From Nanobdellati archaeon (GTDB lineage Archaea; EX4484-52; WAPT01): DNA of 16,280 nt. Where the stretch lies: contig WAPT01000018.1 in assembly GCA_015520605.1 (NCBI GenBank), forward strand, positions 1 to 16,280, in the 5' to 3' direction. Positions 8,201 through 15,617 of this stretch are shown in pieces. How positions within the stretch are numbered: the first letter of the stretch is position 1; every line of letters begins with the position of its first letter. The position numbers and the translations under genes are program-made. The notes under the pieces are model-generated. The model saw nothing but the letters and a program-made list of their open reading frames with translations. It had not been told where the DNA came from and ran no database searches.

Positions 8201-9466
8201 ATGAAAATCGCGGAGATGAAGGCACTCGAGGTAATTGACTCCAGGGCCAGACCTACGGTCAGGGTCGTTTTGAGACTCGAGAACAACCAGACGTTTTGGG
8301 GTGTGGCTCCGGCAGGTGCGTCCAAAGGAAAGCGAGAAGTAAGGGAGATAAGGGATGGTGGTAAGGGTTTCAGCGCACTGAGGGTGAAAAACTCGTGCAG
8401 GGAGTTCAACAAAAAATATGCACCCCTCTTCAAAGGTGTTGATGCGGAGGAAATCCAGAGGCTGGAGGGGCTTCTGGAGAAAATGCTGGAAGAGGGAGTG
8501 GGGGGCAACTTCACCATAGCGTGCTCCGCAGCGCTTTTTAAAGCCACAGCCTCGTGTATCGGTGTGCCTGTCTGGCAACTCATAGAAAAAATGCTCACCA
8601 AAATGTTCAACGGAACTACACCAACCAAGAATTCCGGACGGTTCCCGAGACCCCTCATGAACTTCATAAATGGAGGTGTGCATGCCGGCATTGAGAACGA
8701 CCTGCAGGAACATCTCGTAATATTCAAAAGGTACAGGAGCATTAACGAAGCACTTATGGATGCGTGCATGCTTCACAACCACATGAAGGAGAAGATAAAA
8801 GTGGGTTTTGGGAGAGAATACACACTTCTGGCGGATGAAGGTGGCTTCGTACCACCCATACGGGATGTGAGAAAGAGGTTCGATTTCATACTCGAATGCG
8901 CATCGGAAATCGGCATAGAAGAAAAGATAGTCCTGGGCCTTGATTGTGCCGCATCACAATTCTACGATAAAAAATCCGACGGATACGTGCTGCTCGGAAA
9001 GAAAATGAGCAGGAGTGAACTCGTTGAGCTGTACGCGGATCTCGCATCCGCATACCCGCTTGAATACCTCGAGGATGGAATGGCGGAGGACGATCTGGAA
9101 GGCTGGAGAATGCTCTACGACGCTCTGAGCAAGAAGCTCTCTCTGGTTGGAGATGACATCACAACCACCGATGCCGAGATAATTGAAAAATACGGCAAAA
9201 CGCTGATCAACGGCGTGATAATCAAGCCAAACCAGATCGGAACCACCATGAGAACACTCAAGGCGGTGAAATCCGCAATGGGAAGAGGAATGGTGATCGT
9301 GCCGTCCCACAGATCCGGAGATAGCGAGGATAATTTCATCGCGGATTTTGCTGCTGGTGTGAACGCAGATCTGGTGAAGTTTGGCGCTCCCGCGAGAGGG
9401 GAGAGAACGTGCAAGTACAACAGACTGATCGAGATTTACGAAATGGAAAAGAAAAAAGATGAATGA
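8201..9466 (+). CDS. eno: Enolase (phosphopyruvate hydratase), divergent
   Basis: EVIDSR..PTV, PAGASKG, INGGVHA, QE, DEGGF, DCAASQF, LEDG, VGDD, IKPNQIG, SHRSG and KYNRL. RBS GGGGTGA before ATG 8201; alternative start at 8180 via ATGA overlap. Confidence 0.95.
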   Translation: MKIAEMKALEVIDSRARPTVRVVLRLENNQTFWGVAPAGASKGKREVREIRDGGKGFSALRVKNSCREFNKKYAPLFKGVDAEEIQRLEGLLEKMLEEGVGGNFTIACSAALFKATASCIGVPVWQLIEKMLTKMFNGTTPTKNSGRFPRPLMNFINGGVHAGIENDLQEHLVIFKRYRSINEALMDACMLHNHMKEKIKVGFGREYTLLADEGGFVPPIRDVRKRFDFILECASEIGIEEKIVLGLDCAASQFYDKKSDGYVLLGKKMSRSELVELYADLASAYPLEYLEDGMAEDDLEGWRMLYDALSKKLSLVGDDITTTDAEIIEKYGKTLINGVIIKPNQIGTTMRTLKAVKSAMGRGMVIVPSHRSGDSEDNFIADFAAGVNADLVKFGAPARGERTCKYNRLIEIYEMEKKKDE

Positions 9467-9472
9467 CATCAT

Positions 9473-10036
9473 TCATTCCAGTCCCAACTCATCCTTAACC
9501 TCAAGCATTCCCTCAAGAGCGAGTTCAAAAGCTCTCTCTAACGGGATGTTCAGATTCTCCACCAGCATTATGTTCTCTCTTTTTGAACCGGCGGCAAAGC
9601 TCTTCTCCTTGAATTTTTTCCTGATTGTGTTCACGCTTACCTCACTCAGCTTTCTGCCTTTGACCAAAGCACAGGCCACGATAAGACCCGAAAGGTTATC
9701 CGCACACTGCAGTGCTATCTCAACAGGTGTGTTGTAGCTCTCTATTCCACCTTCAATGAGGTGATAGTTATGTCTGCCAACAATCCTGGCAATTTCTTCG
9801 TCAACTCCTTCCTCAAGCAGGATCTTCTCACCCTCAACTCCATGCCTGTTCATATCTCTGTTCACAATCTCATAATCTATGTCATGCAGAATGCCTATAA
9901 CTTCCCATCTATCAACATCCTCTTTAAGCTCACTCGCGAGCTTTCTCATAATCGCCCCGGTGGCTATGCAGTGCTTGAGGATCTTATCATCCCTCACGTA
10001 CTTTTTCAGGATGTTGAGCGCTTCCTCCCTTTTCAT
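9473..10036 (-). CDS. HD-superfamily (HDIG-type) metal-dependent phosphohydrolase
   Basis: H..., GILHDIDYE, H, H, ADNLSGLI.ACALV and KKFKEKSFAAG. Strong RBS GGAGGTGA at 10050-10043. Confidence 0.9.
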   Translation of the reverse strand: MKREEALNILKKYVRDDKILKHCIATGAIMRKLASELKEDVDRWEVIGILHDIDYEIVNRDMNRHGVEGEKILLEEGVDEEIARIVGRHNYHLIEGGIESYNTPVEIALQCADNLSGLIVACALVKGRKLSEVSVNTIRKKFKEKSFAAGSKRENIMLVENLNIPLERAFELALEGMLEVKDELGLE

Positions 10037-10113
10037 ACCAGTTCACCTCCTGAACACCACAGTACATTGATTGAAAAACCTTATCTCCATCCACATTTCG
10101 GGCGGAAAAAACA

Positions 10114-10121
10114 TTTATAAA
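10114..10121 (+). promoter_or_regulatory. TATA box with an upstream purine-rich BRE-like tract for psmB; palindromic, so possibly shared with the divergent HD gene
   Basis: GGAAAAAACA followed by TTTATAAA. Confidence 0.6.
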
Positions 10122-10165
10122 ATTTCCCTCCAGACTTAAAGACTATCAATGATTCTCCCAAAGAG

Positions 10166-10804
10166 GTGATCGGAATTTCTGAGAATATACTGAAGACCGG
10201 AACCACCACTACCGGTATGGTATGTAAGGATGGAGTTGTGCTTGCAGCGGATCAAAAGGCCACCATGGGGAACATCGTTGCCTCGAAGGAAGCGCAGAAG
10301 GTGTTCAGGATAACGAACAACATAGCCATGACGATAGCCGGAAGTGTGGGGGATGCGCAGGCGATGGTCAGGCTCCTAAGAGCGGAAATGAAGCTTTACG
10401 AGCTGGAAAACAATATCGTTACTGTTAAGGCCGCCGCGACACTCCTCTCAAATATATTGAGAGCGTCGTACAAATCCTTTGTTCCGGAACTCGTCCAGCT
10501 GGTGATAGGCGGTTATGATCACACCGGTCCGAGACTGTTCTCGCTCGATGCTGCCGGTGGTGTTACGGAAGAGAGAACATTCACTTTTACCGGTTCCGGA
10601 TCTCCGATAGCGGTTGGTGTGCTGGAGGATCAATACGATCCGGATATGACAACCAAAGAAGGTGTGGATCTTCTGCTACGCGCAATAAAGGCAGCCCGAG
10701 AGAGGGATGTTTTCAGCGGTGGTAAGTCCATGACTGTTGTGACCGTAACGGATAAAGGTGTGGAGGAAGTGCCGCAGCCCTATATTGAGAAGATGCTAAA
10801 ATGA
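10166..10804 (+). CDS. psmB: 20S proteasome beta subunit; true start uncertain (GTG 10166 or ATT 10175)
   Basis: Propeptide ending LKTG|TTT (catalytic Thr1), DGVVLAAD, K33 region, AMTIAGSVGDAQ, GSGS and RDVFSGG. Confidence 0.97.
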   Translation: MIGISENILKTGTTTTGMVCKDGVVLAADQKATMGNIVASKEAQKVFRITNNIAMTIAGSVGDAQAMVRLLRAEMKLYELENNIVTVKAAATLLSNILRASYKSFVPELVQLVIGGYDHTGPRLFSLDAAGGVTEERTFTFTGSGSPIAVGVLEDQYDPDMTTKEGVDLLLRAIKAARERDVFSGGKSMTVVTVTDKGVEEVPQPYIEKMLK

Positions 10805-10811
10805 CAGGGCA

Positions 10812-10834
10812 CTTTCATTTTCCTATTTTTCATT
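10812..10834 (+). terminator. U-rich tract after psmB (candidate archaeal terminator or attenuator)
   Basis: CTTTCATTTTCCTATTTTTCATT begins 7 nt after the psmB stop. Confidence 0.45.
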
Positions 10835-10869
10835 GATGTTGTTATTGTGTCAATAAGAGCAAACACTAA

Positions 10870-12801
10870 ATGAAAGACACCTCCGTGGAGATGGAGCTCA
10901 TGAAAACAGAGTACAGGAGTTTAAACGAGCTGATAGAGAAGAAATTTCCGAAGGATGCGCAGATAACCAGAGCTCTGTTCGAGGGCCCGAACATAGTGGT
11001 CTACACCAAAAACAAAGATTTCTTTCTGAACGGTGCGGAAAAAATAAAGAGCATAGTTGCTGAAATCAGAAAGAGAATAGAGATAAGACCCGATCCCGTG
11101 CTCTTACTGCCTCCTGAGGAAGCCAAGAAGAAAATTTTAGAGATAGTGCCGAGCGAAGCGGAGATCAAGGACATAAAATTCGAACCGGAGTTCTCAAAAG
11201 TGCTAATATTTGCAAGAAAGCCTGGGCTCGTGATAGGGAAGAACGGCGAAACTCTGAGAAAAATAAAGGAAGCCGTCTGTTGGAGTCCGGAGGTACTCAG
11301 AGTACCTCTCTATCACTCCCCGATAGTTGAAAAAGCGAGGGAAATATTGCACGAGGAAGCGAAATATAGAGTCAAGTTTCTGAATAAGGTAGGGGAGATG
11401 ATAAAGTTCAAAAAGGGTTCCAAACACGGCTGGGTCAGGATATCCTTCCTCGGAAGTGGAAGGGAAGTGGGCAGGAACTGCATACTCCTCCAGACAAAGG
11501 AGAGCAAGGTCATGCTCGACTGCGGGGAGTCTATGTCGCCGAGCGGAAACCCGCACCCGTTTCTCGATGCACCTGAGTTCAGAATAGACGAGCTCGATGC
11601 CGTGATAATTTCACATGCGCACCTCGATCATTCGGGATTTCTCCCGTTCCTTTACGAATACGGGTATAAGGGCCCTGTGTACCTCACACCTCCGACCCGT
11701 GATCTGATGGTTCTCTTACAGCTTGATTATATAGATGTGTTGCGGAAGGATGGCATAGATCCGCCGTACACATCCAAGGGGATAAGAGAAGCTGTGAAGC
11801 ACAGCATAGCTCTCGAATACGGAGAGGTGTGCGACATCACTCCGGATATGAGATTAACTTTTCAGAACGCGGGCCACATACTCGGAAGTGCAATGGCGCA
11901 CATCCACATAGGGGAGGGTTTCTACAACCTTCTCTATAGTGGAGATATCAAATACGGCAGGACGTTTCTGTTCGAGCCGGCATACACCAACTTTACGAGA
12001 GTTGAGGGCCTCATCATGGAAAGCACCTACGGCGGGAAGAATGACATCATGCCACCGATTAAAAAAGCGCAGGAAAACCTGATAGAGGTCATAAAGCGAA
12101 CCGTGGAAAGGAAAGGCAAGGTGCTCATACCCTCTTTTGCCGTGGGGAGGGCTCAGGAGATAATGATGGTTCTCGCCGACAGGTGGAGGAAAGGTGAGAT
12201 AGACGTGCCAGTTTATCTTGATGGTATGATATGGGAGAGCACCATAATACACACCACCTATCCGGAGTACCTCTCCCGCTACCTCCAGAAGCTCATATTC
12301 AAGGAGGACAAGAATCCGTTTGCCGATGAGATCTTCAACCGCGTGACAACAGCATCCGAGAGAACCAACGTTATAGACAGCAACGAGCCGGCAGTGATCA
12401 TAACCACCTCAGGTATGCTGAACGGAGGTCCGGTAATGGAATACCTCAAAGCTCTTGCTCCAGATAAGAGAAACACGCTGGTGTTCGTGGGTTACCAGGC
12501 TGAGGGGACTCTAGGATCCAAAATCCAAAAGGGATGGCGGGAAGTACCGCTCTCCACGATTTCTGGAGAGAACAAAGTCCTCAAGGTAGAAATGGAAGTT
12601 GTGACGGTTGAGGGTTTCTCCGGCCACTCTGATAGAAACCAGTTAATAAACTTTGTCGGGAGACTCAGAGCAAAACCCCAGAGAGTGTTCCTCAACCACG
12701 GCGAACCTTCGAAGGCGATTAACCTTGCCACCACGATTCACAGGATCTACAAGACTGAAACGATTGTGCCTAACAACCTGGATGCCTACAGAATGAAATG
12801 A
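10870..12801 (+). CDS. fttA: Beta-CASP ribonuclease aCPSF1 (FttA), KH-domain transcription termination factor; start may be 10891 or 10900
   Basis: FEGP, KH domains (KPGLVIGKNG), GSGREVGR, LDCG, SHAHLDHSG, NAGHILGS, YSGD, MESTYG, TSGMLNGGP, FVGYQAEGTLG, GFSGHSD and HGE. Conserved position next to psmB. Confidence 0.97.
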   Translation: MKDTSVEMELMKTEYRSLNELIEKKFPKDAQITRALFEGPNIVVYTKNKDFFLNGAEKIKSIVAEIRKRIEIRPDPVLLLPPEEAKKKILEIVPSEAEIKDIKFEPEFSKVLIFARKPGLVIGKNGETLRKIKEAVCWSPEVLRVPLYHSPIVEKAREILHEEAKYRVKFLNKVGEMIKFKKGSKHGWVRISFLGSGREVGRNCILLQTKESKVMLDCGESMSPSGNPHPFLDAPEFRIDELDAVIISHAHLDHSGFLPFLYEYGYKGPVYLTPPTRDLMVLLQLDYIDVLRKDGIDPPYTSKGIREAVKHSIALEYGEVCDITPDMRLTFQNAGHILGSAMAHIHIGEGFYNLLYSGDIKYGRTFLFEPAYTNFTRVEGLIMESTYGGKNDIMPPIKKAQENLIEVIKRTVERKGKVLIPSFAVGRAQEIMMVLADRWRKGEIDVPVYLDGMIWESTIIHTTYPEYLSRYLQKLIFKEDKNPFADEIFNRVTTASERTNVIDSNEPAVIITTSGMLNGGPVMEYLKALAPDKRNTLVFVGYQAEGTLGSKIQKGWREVPLSTISGENKVLKVEMEVVTVEGFSGHSDRNQLINFVGRLRAKPQRVFLNHGEPSKAINLATTIHRIYKTETIVPNNLDAYRMK

Positions 12802-12818
12802 GTTTGAGGACTTGCATT

Positions 12819-13337
12819 TTATTTCACGGCGGCATCTCTTATCTCTTTCAGCTCGAGAACGGGATAATAACTGAATCGACGTCTTTCAAGTTCTTTAGCA
12901 ACGAGGGTTCTCAATTTTTCTTTTTTACAGGCATACCCACCAAATTTAACCACCTTCCCTAAAAGGATTGGAAATTCCGTTATCTGAATGCTACCACCGA
13001 CCCCAGAAAGCAACATTGTCTCTTCCTCTTCAATAACTGCCAGGATCTTATCGGCTACCAGCAATCTCACAACACTAAAAGCAAATATGAAAGCAAGTAT
13101 AGACATCCAGTGTTTCCTGAAATACTGCTTTAGATTTTCATATTTCAAGTAGTACAGCACTAGCTCGGCGACAAAAATGAACATTATGTAAATATCAAAT
13201 ATTCTGAAAAAAGTTGCATGAGTTTGTATAAAATCCGCGGAGAAAACATACATCCCTATTTCTGTCAGAAGCAGCACCATTGTTAGATTGAGCATAAAAT
13301 CCATTAGAGACAGGACCATACGTTTACTCCGCCCCAT
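12819..13337 (-). CDS. Membrane protein resembling the S1-S3 part of an ion-channel voltage-sensor domain, with no pore domain
   Basis: Three hydrophobic helices. FDIYIMFIFVAEL fits the S2 D-x6-F-x2-E pattern and QYFRKHW fits the S2-S3 linker. No GYG or pore loop in an appropriate TM context. Confidence 0.55.
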   Translation of the reverse strand: MGRSKRMVLSLMDFMLNLTMVLLLTEIGMYVFSADFIQTHATFFRIFDIYIMFIFVAELVLYYLKYENLKQYFRKHWMSILAFIFAFSVVRLLVADKILAVIEEEETMLLSGVGGSIQITEFPILLGKVVKFGGYACKKEKLRTLVAKELERRRFSYYPVLELKEIRDAAVK

Positions 13338-13367
13338 ACATTTTACTGCTTTGCAGCGAGCCCCTAT

Positions 13368-13763
13368 TTATTGGTTGCGGTATGTTGATATTTTGGGAGA
13401 ATTGTGCTGCCCCTTCAGAATCTGTTTCAACATCCTGTATAATTTCTCTCCGAGCTGCGTTGGTTTTTTAGTATTGTCAAGCATTCTGGCAACCCGTAGA
13501 AAATCAGCCAGCTCGGGGTATTTTTTAACTTCCCTCCCGTCCAGCACTTCCAGCACCTTTTTTCCGACGGGAGTTAGTTTGCCATTCGCTGCCAAAACCT
13601 TTCTCGCATTTCCGTAAAGAAGCTCAACCCCACCATCATCACATCTCACCACTCCAACACAGCCTCCCCATACACCGTACTTTCTTTCGGCGATTACAGA
13701 CACGCAATCCTTCACTTTTTTCTTGAATGAGACTGGAGGAGGTATCTCCAGCTCATGATTCAA
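13368..13763 (-). CDS. Hypothetical basic protein with two winged-helix wing-like motifs; 5' end possibly frameshifted
   Basis: GKLTPVGKKVL and KKPTQLGEKLY resemble the LT.xG.. helix start at the end of wHTH domains. The RBS fits an out-of-frame ATG at 13756 better than TTG 13763. Confidence 0.5.
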   Translation of the reverse strand: MNHELEIPPPVSFKKKVKDCVSVIAERKYGVWGGCVGVVRCDDGGVELLYGNARKVLAANGKLTPVGKKVLEVLDGREVKKYPELADFLRVARMLDNTKKPTQLGEKLYRMLKQILKGQHNSPKISTYRNQ

Positions 13764-13816
13764 TACCTCGAAATATATGGATGCAGGATCAGACTTTTGT
13801 GCGCGGTATACATCAT

Positions 13817-14281
13817 CTACAAATCGAAAATTACATCCAAAAGATCCGTTTTTGCCGTATCAAGCAGCTCCCTGCCACTTTCAGTAAGATGATAATATTC
13901 ACCATTTCTGCATACCAATCCCCTTTTCTTCGAGATTAAAGAAAGAATAACATTCTTAAGTGTTTTTGATTTTTCTTCAATATATTTTATGTATATTTCC
14001 AGGTCATCTTTATTAAGTGGCACACCCATCAACTCACATTCAAACATCGTCTGTAAAATTCTGAACTCCCTCGCGAACTTCCATTTATTATAACTTTCCT
14101 CTTTATTTTCGTTATTGGCTCTCTCCAGACGCCGTACAAGTACATCCATGTAAAGCCCATTGTCATTTTTTAACCTGAGAATTTTGATTTTGGAAACCCC
14201 TTACGGCAAATAAATTATAGAATAATTCGGATTCTTTACTATAGTGTCAGGTAGAATCCCGCGGTATTTCCCATTCGCCAT
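13817..14281 (-). pseudogene. Winged-helix domain protein interrupted by an in-frame TAA at 14203-14201 (intact portion 13817-14149)
   Basis: C-terminal KRGLVCRNGEYYHLTESGRELL is a wHTH wing motif. The same frame continues upstream through a single TAA to ATG 14281, which is preceded by GGGGGT and a TATA-rich tract. Confidence 0.5.
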
Positions 14282-14320
14282 TTCAACCCCCTTTGCAAGT
14301 GTATCTACCCATCAGTAACA

Positions 14321-14348
14321 TTATATAATAATATAAATTATAAATTTT
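14321..14348 (-). promoter_or_regulatory. Pure A/T TATA-rich promoter region for the minus-strand three-gene block
   Basis: TTATATAATAATATAAATTATAAATTTT contains several TATA-like boxes 40-65 nt upstream of ATG 14281. Confidence 0.45.
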
Positions 14349-14403
14349 AAACGATATCCAACACCAACGCGAGAAATCAAATATGGTTAGGGATAAGAGT
14401 TTT

Positions 14404-14748
14404 TTAATCTCTATGAACCCTAACACCGGGTGGTGTAACAACAATGTAGTCCTCGTCGATCCCCGCTATGTCTCCATCCAGAGCCACACAGGTTTTTTTG
14501 AGCTTGTCTATGGCCCTCTTGAGTTCCATTATGTCCCTTTCCTTAAGGGGTTTGATTCGCACAAACACAATATTCCCGCCCCTCACATCCTGCTGAACGA
14601 GTTCAACATCCTTGAAGTCAGAGAGGGTCCTAACCTTTATAAGAAGTTTTCCACCCTCATCATGGATGGTATCTTCGTCAATTTCTATGTAGTCAAAAAC
14701 CTCGAACTCGGGTTCTTTTGTCCTTGATAGAAACCCTCTTATTGGCAT
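14404..14748 (-). CDS. sepF: Cell division protein SepF (archaeal type, FtsZ membrane anchor)
   Basis: Amphipathic N-terminus (GFLSRT), acidic linker, and core GNIVFVRIKPL...ELKRAIDKLK......GDIAGIDEDYIVVTPPGVRVHR. RBS GGTGGT. Confidence 0.9.
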   Translation of the reverse strand: MPIRGFLSRTKEPEFEVFDYIEIDEDTIHDEGGKLLIKVRTLSDFKDVELVQQDVRGGNIVFVRIKPLKERDIMELKRAIDKLKKTCVALDGDIAGIDEDYIVVTPPGVRVHRD

Positions 14749-14788
14749 AACATACCACCACGCAATTTCCTGCCAGCCAAATGCTTTG

Positions 14789-14818
14789 TTTAAATATTCA
14801 GCAAATATATTTATAAAT
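14789..14818. promoter_or_regulatory. Divergent sepF / rnp3 promoter region with two TATA boxes
   Basis: TTTAAATA at 14789-14796 and palindromic ATTTATAAAT at 14809-14818. Confidence 0.5.
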
Positions 14819-14837
14819 TTTATTCAAAGGAGTCCTT

Positions 14838-15617
14838 ATGCGCAAATTTGTGGATCTCGCTGTGTTTCCCGCGGGGAAAGTGGAATTTGGTGATGCTGAA
14901 AGGGAGAACGTGCGGGACAGGATTATCGAAATGCTTCGCATGGCATCCATACTTAATCTTTCGTGCGTCTGCCTTCTTTTTAACTTTTCCAGAAGAAGTG
15001 AAGCGAGCAGCGCTCTGAAGCTCATTGAAAATTGTAAGGAAACTGTTGCTAGTGGTGTTGATATCCGTCTCGGCGCTTACATCAGGACGGAAAGTGAGAA
15101 GGAGCTGAAAAAGAGAGTTGATAGAGTTAAGGAAAAAGTCGATATCGTGATGGTTGAAGGCAGGGGTGTCGCGATAAACAGAGCCGCATGTTCCAATCCT
15201 TGGGTGGATGTGCTCCTCGATCCGCACAGAGACAGGAAGGACTGTGGAATGGATCATGTCATGGCAAAGCTTGCCGCTGATCATAAAGTTGGAGTGGGTG
15301 TGTCGTTCAAAAGTATCCTCGAGGCTGCGGGCAAAAAAAGAGTTCATATTCTCTCGTATATCTCCAGAAACATCAGACTCTGTGAAAAGTACGGTTGCGA
15401 ATTCGCGGTGGTTTCGGGTGCCGAGTCCTGGCTCGAGATGAGAGATGGTCACGCGCTAGCATCTTTGACGCGTATTCTGGGATGCAGTCCCGAGAGAGCG
15501 CTTGCATTCGTATCAGACAACCCGGAACGAATTTTGGACCGTGCCAGGGAAAGAAAGGAATACATACTGCCGGGTGTGAAAATAGTGAATAAAGGTGAAT
15601 GGAATGACAAGACTTAA
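14838..15617 (+). CDS. rnp3: Ribonuclease P protein component 3 (Rpp30, PHP-like TIM barrel)
   Basis: INRAAC.N..VDVL, GMDHVMAKLAA, VVSGAESWLEMR and ALAFVS.NP motifs. RBS AAGGAG. Adjacent to Pop5. Confidence 0.92.
   Translation: MRKFVDLAVFPAGKVEFGDAERENVRDRIIEMLRMASILNLSCVCLLFNFSRRSEASSALKLIENCKETVASGVDIRLGAYIRTESEKELKKRVDRVKEKVDIVMVEGRGVAINRAACSNPWVDVLLDPHRDRKDCGMDHVMAKLAADHKVGVGVSFKSILEAAGKKRVHILSYISRNIRLCEKYGCEFAVVSGAESWLEMRDGHALASLTRILGCSPERALAFVSDNPERILDRARERKEYILPGVKIVNKGEWNDKT

Noticed and set aside
12930-12945. GGY sequence in the membrane protein as a K+ channel selectivity filter
   Set aside because: It is not TxGYG and is followed by a charged segment rather than an inner TM helix.
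14201-14203. Selenocysteine, pyrrolysine or alternative genetic code at the in-frame stop
   Set aside because: The codon is TAA, not TGA or TAG, and TAA ends several genuine genes in this window.
12802-14403. Integrated mobile element or provirus
   Set aside because: No integrase, transposase, tRNA target or flanking repeats were found by eye. It is reported only as an accessory block.
14383-14727. 114-aa plus-strand ORF the same length as sepF
   Set aside because: It is the antisense shadow of sepF, which carries the family motifs and an RBS.
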